Below, one piece after another: positions 1 through 9,500 of a stretch of DNA of 64,000 nt. Source of the DNA: a bacterium. Its GTDB lineage: Bacteria > Patescibacteriota > Patescibacteriia > Patescibacteriales > GWE2-39-37. The stretch is taken from NCBI GenBank assembly GCA_037146995.1, contig JBAWWA010000003.1, forward strand, positions 24,663-88,662, written 5' to 3'. The position numbers and the translations under genes were made by a program. The number at the start of each line of letters is the position of its first letter. Within the stretch, counting starts at the first letter, position 1. The notes beneath the pieces are model-generated. The model was not told the origin of the DNA. It saw nothing but the letters and a program-made list of their open reading frames with translations, and ran no database searches.

Positions 1-630
1 ATCCATCACTAATAACTCAAAGGCGGCAAACATCCGACGAATCTGGCGTTTCTTGCCATAGGTCAATACTATCTCAAAAGTATTAGTTCGTAAATACTTA
101 ATACTTTTGGCCTTGACTACGCCATCCCCCTCACCAATATCAACGCCACTTAAAAAATGTCGCAAAACCGCATCGGTCAATTTGAAAGGCAAGGTGTGTT
201 CTGCCTTAGCATAACCCTGAGCCACTTTGACAATATATTTTTTTTCATGCTCAAAACTAGGGTGGGCCAATTTTTGGGCCAACTCTCCGTCATTAGTCAA
301 AATCATCAACCCGCGACTATCCTTGTCCAAACGCCCAACCACAAAAAGTCGTTCACTAGTTTTGATCAATTCAAAAACCGGTTTCTCGCCTCTTTTGGTC
401 GCGTTAGTCGAAACGTAGCCCACCGGCTTGTTCAATTTCAAATAAACCTTATGCGCCACGGTTTTGATTTTTCGCCCAGACACGACTACTTCATCAGTCA
501 TCTCAACTCTTTGACCAAGTTCTGCCCGCAGGCCGTTAACCTTAACTTGTCCAAGACGAATAAGTTCTTCAGCCTTGCGCCTGGCGCACATGCCAGAATC
601 AGCAATAAATTTTTGTAGTATTATAGACAT
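1..630 (-). CDS. RsuA/RluB-family pseudouridine synthase (first 210 codons; 3' end runs off the window start)
   Basis: Absent from the ORF track because there is no stop in the window. My reverse-complement translation from the ATG at 630-628 gives MSIILQKFIADSGMCARRKAEELIRLGQVKVNG (S4-like), then FVVGRLDKDSRGLMILTNDGELAQKLAHPSFEHEKKY, then YGKKRQIRRMF. GRLDxxSxGL and RQIRRM are RsuA-family hallmarks. Track ORF 157..618(+) is its antisense shadow. Confidence 0.85.
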   Translation of the reverse strand, partial: MSIILQKFIADSGMCARRKAEELIRLGQVKVNGLRAELGQRVEMTDEVVVSGRKIKTVAHKVYLKLNKPVGYVSTNATKRGEKPVFELIKTSERLFVVGRLDKDSRGLMILTNDGELAQKLAHPSFEHEKKYIVKVAQGYAKAEHTLPFKLTDAVLRHFLSGVDIGEGDGVVKAKSIKYLRTNTFEIVLTYGKKRQIRRMFAAFELLVMD

Positions 631-639
631 TAAATCCTT

Positions 640-2061
640 TTATTTCTTGCTCGTTAATAAATCCAATTTAAAAAAACCAACTATACCAATTAAGAGCCAA
701 AAAATAACTGCTAGGTCATTTTTAAAATATGGCACGTCCACTAAACCATGAATGGTCATAGCTACCAATCCACCAATTGTCGCTAGTAAAATTAAACGTC
801 CCGTCTCGGGTGATTTCATACGATAATACATCTTCGTGCTTACGTAAAGGGTCTTGCCTATCAACCAGACAAAAAGTAGCATCCCAAGTAGACCTAGTTC
901 TGACCAAAAGTTTAAGAAAATATTATGCGGATACATATAGATTTCTAATGGCTGCCAAAACTTATTACGATAATTTTGATCAAAAATCACTAGTTTGCGA
1001 TGAAAATCAGCATCTTTATCGCGATTATAGTAAAAACCAGGCACATGATACGGTGCCACGGTTTTTTGAAAACTGGCCAGACCAGCACCAAAAAACCAAC
1101 GATGATCCTTGAGCATATTCACAGTCTCTGACCAACCGATGCGACGAACCTGCCCAGAAAAGTCGTTTAGGGTTAAATATTCAAGTGCCTTGTCACGTTT
1201 AAAACCAAACCCAAATACTATAAGTACCACAATAGAGACCGCTGCCAGCCAGACAAGTCTAGATTTTTTTGAATAGATCAGGGCCATAACCGAAAAACCG
1301 GCCACCAGACCAAGTGCTGCCCCATTTGATCTGGCAAAGGCAATCGCCAGAACTGAAAACATCGCAGACAAAAAGAGTAGGCAATTTTGTAAAGTTACTA
1401 GGGCCTTATCTTTTTTATTAAATTCGGTCCACATGAAACCCACAGACAAAAATATAATAGATTCAACATATAGACCGACTGCATTGGGGTAACCAAAAAC
1501 CGAAACTACGCGCCGCGTCTCTTCGGCCGCCCACAAAGGATTGGCAATAAAGTTTCCGGTTAGCTTTTGATAGGCCGCAATAATTCCCACAGCTAATGCC
1601 GAATACCCCAAGGGGCGAATAATTAAACCCAAGCGCTCCACCAAATCAATTTTCGACTTTCCAAAAACATTATAGAGCAGAATCAAAAAGAGTAACGGTT
1701 CAAAAAAATAGGCCTTCCAAATACCCATGGCTTCATTTGAAAAATGTGCCACCCCGACCGCTAAAAAAGAAATAACGAGGATGGCCATCATCTCGAGAGC
1801 AAAAGGATATTCTATAACGATCAATTTATTATTACCGAATCTGTTTTTAATCCCTGACAACAAACCACGCCACTCCTTGATAAACCAAATGACAAAATTT
1901 AGTAATATCATGACTTCAAGCATTGTCAGAGGTGCCCCAAAATTAAAACGAACAAGGTACGCCGGCAATGAAAAAAGTGTTAGCTGTATTGCTAACACTG
2001 GTCGATACCAAGCCAGGCCAGAAAAAATCAAGATAAAACTGAAAATTAAATAAAACATCAT
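640..2061 (-). CDS. O-antigen ligase/polymerase-like polytopic membrane protein
   Basis: 473-aa ORF, almost entirely hydrophobic helices with one larger loop. The architecture is typical of Wzy_C/O-antigen-ligase-like proteins. It lies 9 nt upstream (same strand) of the pseudouridine synthase gene. Confidence 0.5.
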   Translation of the reverse strand: MMFYLIFSFILIFSGLAWYRPVLAIQLTLFSLPAYLVRFNFGAPLTMLEVMILLNFVIWFIKEWRGLLSGIKNRFGNNKLIVIEYPFALEMMAILVISFLAVGVAHFSNEAMGIWKAYFFEPLLFLILLYNVFGKSKIDLVERLGLIIRPLGYSALAVGIIAAYQKLTGNFIANPLWAAEETRRVVSVFGYPNAVGLYVESIIFLSVGFMWTEFNKKDKALVTLQNCLLFLSAMFSVLAIAFARSNGAALGLVAGFSVMALIYSKKSRLVWLAAVSIVVLIVFGFGFKRDKALEYLTLNDFSGQVRRIGWSETVNMLKDHRWFFGAGLASFQKTVAPYHVPGFYYNRDKDADFHRKLVIFDQNYRNKFWQPLEIYMYPHNIFLNFWSELGLLGMLLFVWLIGKTLYVSTKMYYRMKSPETGRLILLATIGGLVAMTIHGLVDVPYFKNDLAVIFWLLIGIVGFFKLDLLTSKK

Positions 2062-2096
2062 TTGACTACAAAAACAGAAAATTAAAAAACGTCAAC

Positions 2097-3074
2097 TTAA
2101 GAAATTAGAATATACAAACCATAACTCACTAGAGCCACGCCGCCCAGCTTTTGGAGTACTACACCCCTGCCCAACTCCTCGTTATATATTTGCGGCACGA
2201 AACGCGACATCGCCAGTACAATTAAAATCAAAAATAAATATTGAGTGCCCTGCATTACCTGGACCATCGCCACATTACCAAGACTGATTGCCCAATTAAT
2301 CATAATAAACGCCATGGCCGCTAAAAATCTTACGCCGAGGAAAAAAGTTAGGCTCGATTGTTTTTTGACACCGGTCTTTTGATGCTCCATGATAGCCACT
2401 CGCCATGAAGGTATTAGCAACATCGCTAGCACAGCCAAAAAGGTACCTAGCCTTGACCAAACAAATGAACCCATAAATGGCTCATGCATATAAATGTACT
2501 TGATCAAAACATTATAAGCAGCAAAAAACATAGCTGAAATCAAAGAATTAATGAACAAGCGTCTGGTTGGTAAATACTTAGCATGAATTTCGCCCAATAA
2601 TTCCCTGACCCGATTACTAATCTTTTGCCAAAAATAAACTTTAGTTTGTTTAATTGAAATGAGGGTGCCGCCGGCTATCAAAATAACAAAAGCCACTAAG
2701 CTTTTAGGATCCAGGGTTTCACCCAAAAACACCACTGCAAAGATCAAAGTGAAAATCGGCGTCAACGCACCGACGATCGGCACCACTCGCGTCGCCTCAG
2801 ATTGATGTAGTGCCTTGTACCAAAAAACGATCGTCAACAAAAACAAAGCGCCAGCTGATAGATCGATCAATAGCCAAGTCGGACTAGGAACATATGGCGC
2901 AAAAACTAAAAAGACAAAATTAAGCACGCTCCAAATACCAACATAAAAGGCGTAGGCAATCGAGGAATGAAAACGCTTGGACAGCATGAACTTGTCTGCG
3001 ACGTAAACACCAGCGTTTATAAAATAGGCAAAAATTGCAACAAATATCCAATCCATATATTTATATTTTAGCAC
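2097..3074 (-). CDS. EamA/DMT-type transporter-like membrane protein
   Basis: 325 aa with about 10 predicted TM helices arranged as two similar halves, which is the drug/metabolite transporter architecture. Confidence 0.55.
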   Translation of the reverse strand: MLKYKYMDWIFVAIFAYFINAGVYVADKFMLSKRFHSSIAYAFYVGIWSVLNFVFLVFAPYVPSPTWLLIDLSAGALFLLTIVFWYKALHQSEATRVVPIVGALTPIFTLIFAVVFLGETLDPKSLVAFVILIAGGTLISIKQTKVYFWQKISNRVRELLGEIHAKYLPTRRLFINSLISAMFFAAYNVLIKYIYMHEPFMGSFVWSRLGTFLAVLAMLLIPSWRVAIMEHQKTGVKKQSSLTFFLGVRFLAAMAFIMINWAISLGNVAMVQVMQGTQYLFLILIVLAMSRFVPQIYNEELGRGVVLQKLGGVALVSYGLYILIS

Positions 3075-3127
3075 TTGAAGCCGAAATTAAAAAGACTTAT
3101 ATCAACATAAGTCTTAATTTTTTGGTT

Positions 3128-3565
3128 TTAGTAAACCGTCATATTATCATACTTGTCACCGACGGGTGTGTCTGGCACAAAATAACTAAATAAATGCAAT
3201 TCAACATTTTCATTGGAGACGACAAAGAAGTGATTTTTATCTGAAAATACACGAACTGCAAAGTTGCCGTTAGAGACACTTTGTTCAATCGGTGATAATT
3301 TCATGACATAATAATTTGAACAATAACCAAGAAAAAATTTCGCATCCTTGGGACCAGTCACACGCAGAACTGCATAGCGACGACACATAAAATGTTTCAT
3401 TAACCAATTTAAAACACCGCTGTGACTTTTTTTTGTTTCCTTGTAAATAGCCTTCGGATCAGCTTCAACATCAACAAACGGCGACCAATGATCAAAACCA
3501 TTTTCCAGTTTCGTTTGTTTATAAACAATTCTTTGCCAGGGCTTCTTATAAAATACAAATTTCAT
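3128..3565 (-). CDS. hypothetical protein
   Basis: 145-aa ORF with a GGAGG SD 5 nt upstream of the ATG (reverse complement of 3566-3580). No motif recognised. Confidence 0.5.
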   Translation of the reverse strand: MKFVFYKKPWQRIVYKQTKLENGFDHWSPFVDVEADPKAIYKETKKSHSGVLNWLMKHFMCRRYAVLRVTGPKDAKFFLGYCSNYYVMKLSPIEQSVSNGNFAVRVFSDKNHFFVVSNENVELHLFSYFVPDTPVGDKYDNMTVY

Positions 3566-3602
3566 CGAGCACCTCCAACAATATTAAATGAACTAATTAT
3601 GA

Positions 3603-4838
3603 TTATTCTGACCAAAAACCGTTATTTTTGCAAGTCTCGGCGTATATTTTGGCACTCGGCCTAGCAAGTCGCTTGAAAGTCTGCGGCTCAATCGAAAACA
3701 AACCAAATTTCGGTTGGTAACCAGCCGCCCATTCAAAATTGTCCAAAAGCGACCAATGGAAATAGCCACGGACATCAAAGCCGTCATCAATTGCTCGCTT
3801 AACATGAAACAAGTGATCCCTAATAAAGTCGGCGCGATACTGGTCACGGGAATCAGCCAAGCCGTTCTCCATTATATAGAGCGGCTTTTTAAATTTCGAA
3901 AGACTTTTAATAACCTCATATATGCCCTTCGGATAAATTTCCCAGCCCATGTCAGTCACCTTGTTATTTAAATTTTTGCGAAAAGGTGGATACCAAACTA
4001 TCCGATCATGAAAATAATAATCAAAAGCCACATAATCGATAAAGTCCTTGGTTGCCTTTAAAAATGCCACATTCCACCACCAATGATAAGTTTTTGCTAA
4101 AATTAGCTCAATAATATTAAATTTATGCGCCGGCTCAATAAAATTCGCAATCGAGGTAAAACCGACTTGTGCCTGCTTAATGCTGTTATGAATGATCTCG
4201 TATACCTTTTTTTGAGCCAAGATTAAATGTTTTCTCGTTAAAAAAGCTCCAATAATGTCAAATTTCCTGTTTGGCGGAAATTTACCGGTCAAATAACCAT
4301 TACCGATGTGAATCATGGGTTCGTTCAAAACCACCCAAAAATCAACATAATCACCAAATTCATCTACACATAATTGGCTAAATCTAGCAAAAAAATTAAC
4401 AGTTTTATGGTTTGTCCAACCGTCAGCTTCGCTAATCCAGGTTGGGTTTGTCCAATGCCACAAAGTTAAAGCCAGTTTGATATTTCTCTTTTTTAAAGAA
4501 ATAAACATTTTTTTGTAATTTTGGATGACATTTTTATCGAATTTGCCCTCCTCTGGTTCAATTCTGGACCATTCAAGCCCCATCCTATATACATTGCAAT
4601 TCAGCGACTCGATCAAATCAAAATCCTGCTCGAAAAATTGCCAAGAATTACAGGCCTCGCCACTAATAAACTCTTCAAGCTTTTCACCGCGCAAGGCTAA
4701 GTCTTTTTTTCTGCTTGCTGATTTTTCCCAGACAGACCAGTCATTTTTATTACCTCCTTCGATTTGATAAGCACTAGTTGAAACACCCCACAAAAAATTA
4801 TCTGGAAACTTTGCTAAATTTAGATTTTTTTTATTCAT
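3603..4838 (-). CDS. glycoside hydrolase family 1 (beta-glucosidase-like)
   Basis: 411 aa. N-terminal FLWGVSTSAYQIEGG, acid/base motif VLNEPMI (NEP) and nucleophile motif YIMENGLAD (ENG) are the canonical GH1 signatures. Confidence 0.85.
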   Translation of the reverse strand: MNKKNLNLAKFPDNFLWGVSTSAYQIEGGNKNDWSVWEKSASRKKDLALRGEKLEEFISGEACNSWQFFEQDFDLIESLNCNVYRMGLEWSRIEPEEGKFDKNVIQNYKKMFISLKKRNIKLALTLWHWTNPTWISEADGWTNHKTVNFFARFSQLCVDEFGDYVDFWVVLNEPMIHIGNGYLTGKFPPNRKFDIIGAFLTRKHLILAQKKVYEIIHNSIKQAQVGFTSIANFIEPAHKFNIIELILAKTYHWWWNVAFLKATKDFIDYVAFDYYFHDRIVWYPPFRKNLNNKVTDMGWEIYPKGIYEVIKSLSKFKKPLYIMENGLADSRDQYRADFIRDHLFHVKRAIDDGFDVRGYFHWSLLDNFEWAAGYQPKFGLFSIEPQTFKRLARPSAKIYAETCKNNGFWSE

Positions 4839-5017
4839 TTCTTTATTATAACATAGTTATAATTTTTTATCACAAACTTTTTTTAAATTAAATTAAAAAT
4901 TAAATATCTTATAAAATGCCCATTTTTACTGGCTAAAATACGATCACAACACTTCAACCAGATAAAGGTCTGGCTTTTATTTCTAAAATACTTTAATCTG
5001 CTTAGGTCTAGCAAAGC

Positions 5018-5039
5018 ACCTGTGTGAAACCTGTGTAAA
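5018..5039 (+). repeat. tandem 11-nt repeat ACCTGTGTGAA/ACCTGTGTAAA upstream of the rRNA promoter
   Basis: Two adjacent copies (5018-5028 and 5029-5039) differing at one base. They end 17 nt before the -35 hexamer. Confidence 0.6.
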
Positions 5040-5056
5040 ACTAGAGAAAAAAACCC

Positions 5057-5085
5057 TTGACAGCTTAAAAGAAATCGTCTATCAT
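5057..5085 (+). promoter_or_regulatory. sigma70-type promoter for the 16S rRNA transcript
   Basis: TTGACA (5057-5062), 17-nt spacer, TATCAT (5080-5085), preceded by a very AT-rich tract. Confidence 0.55.
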
Positions 5086-5214
5086 ACTATTACGTTTAAT
5101 TTTTCTTTAATCAACGTATCGATCAAGCTAACTTAACACAAGTTAAAAAGTTTGAAAGAATAAACAGCGATGTTAGTCTAATGTCTCTGTTTTTTCTTTC
5201 AAGAATATTGGAAG

Positions 5215-5229
5215 GTACTTTAACAATTG
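5215..5229 (+). promoter_or_regulatory. boxA-like rRNA antitermination element
   Basis: GTACTTTAACAATTG resembles the E. coli rrn boxA TGCTCTTTAACAA. It sits in the 16S leader between the promoter and the processing stem. Confidence 0.45.
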
Positions 5230-5280
5230 AATAGCTTATAATCCTCAATGACAACCGAAGGGTTATAGGCATATTTTGAT

Positions 5281-5296
5281 GCTAACAGGCATCAAT
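5281..5296 (+). other. 5' arm of the 16S precursor processing stem
   Basis: GCTAACAGGCATCAAT is the perfect reverse complement of 7011-7026 (ATTGATGCCTGTTAGC), so the two arms bracket the 16S gene. Confidence 0.7.
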
Positions 5297-5392
5297 CACC
5301 GTCCAAACGTCAAGAATGAATTTATTTTCTTCTATATATTTTGTTGGTTTTTTAAAACTAACATAGCAAAGCCAAGCTATTAAAAAAATTAA

Positions 5393-6888
<1,496 letters not shown>

Positions 6889-7010
6889 AGGGAGTCACGA
6901 TAACTGTTCTTCGGAACTTTTATCTAGGCCGATCTTCACTACCCTCTCGAGAGTAGTGAAGCAACACAAAAAATCTTAGGAGTCGCAAGACACTAAGTCG
7001 TTTGGTAAGT

Positions 7011-7026
7011 ATTGATGCCTGTTAGC
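7011..7026 (+). other. 3' arm of the 16S precursor processing stem
   Basis: Perfect 16-nt complement of 5281-5296. Followed by a perfect 9-bp hairpin AATAACTCC-GAA-GGAGTTATT (7032-7052). Confidence 0.7.
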
Positions 7027-7083
7027 CTCAAAATAACTCCGAAGGAGTTATTCCGCGTAGCCCTTTGTCCCGCGTAGCCTTGT

Positions 7084-7144
7084 GCGAAGTGGGATAGGCG
7101 AAGGGGAATGAGTCAATTGGTTGTGACAAACTGCCCCACTTCGC
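7084..7144 (+). repeat. REP-like GC-rich hairpin built from GCGAAG/CTTCGC units
   Basis: GCGAAGTGGG (7084-7093) pairs with CCCACTTCGC (7135-7144). The flanks carry CCGCGTAGCC x2 (7053-7062, 7070-7079), GCTTCGCGGGGTGC and TGCTTCGCAA. Confidence 0.55.
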
Positions 7145-7313
7145 TATTCAGCTTCGCGGGGTGCTTCGCAAATAGTTTATGGGCATTATTTGAAGAGGTT
7201 TGACATTTTAAGACTGCCCTTATATTATTATATAGTCAGTCTTTTTTTGTTGAAAAAAGAAAAATACGATTAAAGCTTTGTCAGGCATGCCCTGCTAATT
7301 TTTAATGTAGTAC

Positions 7314-7390
7314 GGGCGTGTAGCTCAGTTGGTTAGAGCGCAACACTGATAATGTTGAGGTCCCAGGTTCGAATCCTGGCACGCCCACCA
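7314..7390 (+). tRNA. tRNA-Ile (GAT), CCA encoded
   Basis: Hand-folded cloverleaf: acceptor GGGCGTG/CACGCCC, anticodon stem CAACA/TGTTG, loop CTGATAA, T arm CCAGG-TTCGAAT-CCTGG, then A-CCA. Confidence 0.92.
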
Positions 7391-7510
7391 CTTCGCCAAG
7401 GCTTCGCGGGTGCATGCACCACTTAGGCAAAAGCGTTGATGAAAAAAATAAAAGCCGTTAAATTCCCAGGAGTTTACGGCGCGTAGCTCAGCTTCAGCTG
7501 AGTGAAGTGA

Positions 7511-7583
7511 CGCGGGGTAGAGCAGTTGGCAGCTCGTCGGGCCCATAACCCGAAGGCCGTTGGTTCAAATCCAACCCCCGCAA
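7511..7583 (+). tRNA. initiator tRNA-fMet (CAT)
   Basis: Acceptor CGCGGGG/CCCCGCA gives the C1:A72 mismatch. The anticodon stem TCGGG/CCCGA has three consecutive G:C pairs next to loop CCCATAA. Both are bacterial initiator hallmarks. Confidence 0.88.
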
Positions 7584-7687
7584 CTAGCAAGCAATTAATC
7601 GTTAACTTTTAACAGTTAACCTCTGAAAACGTTTAGATTTTTACAATTCAAAGCTAGGAGTAAAAGTTAACTGTTAATCGTTTCTTA

Positions 7688-7759
7688 GCCGAGGTAGCTC
7701 AGTGGTAGAGCAAAAGACTGAAAATCTTTGTGTCGGGAGTTCAATCCTCCCCCTCGGCA
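7688..7759 (+). tRNA. tRNA-Phe (GAA)
   Basis: Acceptor GCCGAGG/CCTCGGC, anticodon stem AAAGA/TCTTT, loop CTGAAAA, T arm GGGAG-TTCAATC-CTCCC. Confidence 0.9.
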
Positions 7760-7781
7760 CAGGCAAAATATCATTTTTTAA

Positions 7782-8207
7782 ATGTCAAAATTTTTTAATC
7801 TACTTTTCATGGCTTGTTTAGCTGCTGCCCTTTACTGGGGTTATGGCTATTACAATCTCAAAAAAGGTACGAACATCACTTTTGGCGATTATATAAATAA
7901 AAGTTTTGCTGTCGAGAAAGATGCGATTAGTCAAACAGTCTACAAAAAATTTGGCGTAGTTACCGATCTTATCTCAAATGAAGATTTGGTAAAAAAAACG
8001 GCCATTGACGAACTATCTGAGGTTATTGCTATTTATGCCGAGGAAAATGGCAAGTTGCCTACAAAAGCCGAGTTAACAACTATTTACAAGGACAACAAAA
8101 ACCTTTTAACGGATTCAAGCTTTATCTACGCCACCAGCACTGACGGTAAACAGTTTGATGTTTCAATTAAATTGAAAAACGGTACAATTTTCAAAAAAAG
8201 TCTATAA
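7782..8207 (+). CDS. hypothetical membrane-anchored protein
   Basis: 141 aa with a single N-terminal hydrophobic helix (LLFMACLAAALYWGYGYY) and a soluble C-terminal domain. No SD. TATCAT lies 7 nt upstream of the ATG. Confidence 0.55.
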   Translation: MSKFFNLLFMACLAAALYWGYGYYNLKKGTNITFGDYINKSFAVEKDAISQTVYKKFGVVTDLISNEDLVKKTAIDELSEVIAIYAEENGKLPTKAELTTIYKDNKNLLTDSSFIYATSTDGKQFDVSIKLKNGTIFKKSL

Positions 8208-8210
8208 ATA

Positions 8211-8281
8211 CGGGGTGTCGTATACTGGTAGTACGCGTGGTTTGGGACCATGTAGACAGGGTTCGATTCCCTGCACCCCGA
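8211..8281 (+). tRNA. tRNA-Pro (TGG)
   Basis: Acceptor CGGGGTG/CACCCCG, anticodon stem CGTGG/CCATG, loop TTTGGGA, T arm CAGGG-TTCGATT-CCCTG. Confidence 0.88.
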
Positions 8282-8379
8282 CAAAAAGATTTATCGCCTA
8301 AGCGATAGCGTGGCGTTAAATATTTTTTCGTGATGTAGGGCGGCAGAGAACCCTGAGCACGGCGTGGGGCTTTCGCCCC

Positions 8380-8400
8380 TTCGATTCCCTGCACCCCGAC
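8380..8400 (+). repeat. perfect 21-nt direct repeat of the tRNA-Pro 3' end
   Basis: TTCGATTCCCTGCACCCCGAC at 8380-8400 is identical to 8262-8282 (T loop, T stem 3' strand, acceptor 3' strand and two flanking nt). No cloverleaf can be folded around the second copy. Confidence 0.85.
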
Positions 8401-8508
8401 TCTCTTTCGCTCAAGCTTCAGAGAGCAAGCCAAAACTTGCCTCACAGCTCAACGAATTATGTATCGCCAATTTGGCGGGCTTGCCCGCCGAAGCTCGCAA
8501 GAGCGTAG

Positions 8509-8583
8509 GCGGGTATCGTATAATGGCTTTTACGTTAGCCTTCCAAGCTAAACATGGGGGTTCGATTCCCCCTACCCGCTCCA
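8509..8583 (+). tRNA. tRNA-Gly (TCC), CCA encoded
   Basis: Acceptor GCGGGTA/TACCCGC, anticodon stem TTAGC/GCTAA, loop CTTCCAA, T arm GGGGG-TTCGATT-CCCCC, then T-CCA. Confidence 0.9.
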
Positions 8584-8731
8584 TACTAAAAAGCAGCTTC
8601 AAAAGAGCTGTTTTTTTGTATCAAAAACATCGGGTCGTGAGAAAAAAACAACCAAATAGCCTTGACATGTAAACATTTTTATGTCAGAGTGTCGTTACTG
8701 TAGTTCATTTTTAGGCAAAAGGAGAAAAATT

Positions 8732-8887
8732 ATGGCATCTGGTAGCGTACTCACAGGTCATCACGAAACAGCAACCGGCACTAGCAGCACAGGAAAAGTA
8801 GTAAACGGATACGGTTCAAACAGGCAAGAAGCAATTGATAATTGCGTCAAAGCCGGCAGCACGTCAATACCCGTAATCAAGAAATAA
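8732..8887 (+). CDS. small hypothetical protein (51 aa)
   Basis: The ATG at 8732 is preceded by AAAAGGAGAAAAATT (SD). The track ORF (8681) starts upstream without an SD. Product: MASGSVLTGHHETATGTSSTGKVVNGYGSNRQEAIDNCVKAGSTSIPVIKK. An inverted repeat AAAGAGCAAA...TTTGCTCTTT (about 8907-8960) follows. Confidence 0.5.
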   Translation: MASGSVLTGHHETATGTSSTGKVVNGYGSNRQEAIDNCVKAGSTSIPVIKK

Positions 8888-8979
8888 ACGGCCAAATCGA
8901 CCACAAAAGAGCAAAGATTAAGGATATATTTTAAAAAATATCTTTAGTATTTGCTCTTTTTACTTATACGGCAGATATC

Positions 8980-9008
8980 TTGACAAATATCAGCTTTTTA
9001 GCTAAGAT
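8980..9008 (+). promoter_or_regulatory. sigma70-type promoter upstream of rpsP
   Basis: TTGACA (8980-8985), 17-nt spacer, TAAGAT (9003-9008). Confidence 0.5.
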
Positions 9009-9045
9009 AACATCATTAAATAAAAGTAAAGATACTCAAAGTATT

Positions 9046-9333
9046 ATGTTAACTATCAGACTTTCCAGAATCGGAAAAAAGAATTTACCAATGTACCGCT
9101 TGGTTGTTTCCGAAAAAGGCCGTGATTTGTATGGCCGCAGCCTAGAAATCGTAGGCAATTACAATCCACACACCAAAGAATTGGTTGCCAAAGCCGATCG
9201 TATCAAGGAATACATCAGCAAGGGTGCACAAATGTCCAAAACTGTTAACAATCTTTTACTTGAAAAAAAGGTTATTGAAGGTGAAAAAGTAAAAGCCTCA
9301 ACCGCTCAAGCAAAAAAGAAAGAGGCAAAATAA
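9046..9333 (+). CDS. rpsP: 30S ribosomal protein S16
   Basis: From the internal ATG at 9046: MLTIRLSRIGKKNLPMYRLVVSEKGRDLYGRSLEIVGNYNP..., the canonical S16 N-terminus. The track start at 8980 overlaps the promoter. Confidence 0.9.
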   Translation: MLTIRLSRIGKKNLPMYRLVVSEKGRDLYGRSLEIVGNYNPHTKELVAKADRIKEYISKGAQMSKTVNNLLLEKKVIEGEKVKASTAQAKKKEAK

Positions 9334-9374
9334 TTGTCGCAACTTCGCCTGGCCTAGCCCTTGCGAAGCATACT

Positions 9375-9403
9375 TTGACAATCAAGCATTGAAAGGTTAA
9401 AAT
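9375..9403 (+). promoter_or_regulatory. sigma70-type promoter upstream of the KH gene and trmD
   Basis: TTGACA (9375-9380), 17-nt spacer, TAAAAT (9398-9403). Confidence 0.45.
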
Positions 9404-9500
9404 TATTATATTCACTTTATTAATATAAGTGTTTAATTAACTAAGAACTCTTTCAAAGCTGAAATTACATTACAGTTTGAAAGAATATCTAAAAGATACT

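Noticed and set aside
157-618. Track ORFs 157..618(+) and 227..418(+)
   Set aside because: They are antisense to a clearly recognisable RsuA-family pseudouridine synthase reading frame (1..630, minus strand). Their translations have no protein-like features.
7478-7510. tRNA-like start GGCGCGTAGCTCAGC between tRNA-Ile and the initiator tRNA
   Set aside because: After the D-stem-like part the sequence folds back (CTCAGC-TTCA-GCTGAG) and runs straight into the next tRNA. No anticodon or T arm is present, so it is treated as a remnant rather than a gene.
8338-8400. Possible second tRNA (or tRNA-Pro pseudogene) ending in TTCGATTCCCTGCACCCCGA
   Set aside because: Only the T loop, the T-stem 3' strand and the acceptor 3' strand are present. 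The preceding sequence cannot supply a T-stem 5' strand, an anticodon arm or an acceptor 5' strand. It is reported as a repeat instead.
7325-8672. Track ORFs overlapping the tRNA clusters (7325..7546-, 8191..8445-, 8364..8672+, 8411..8602-)
   Set aside because: They are composed of tRNA genes and GC-rich spacer repeats, and have no SD or codon-like periodicity.
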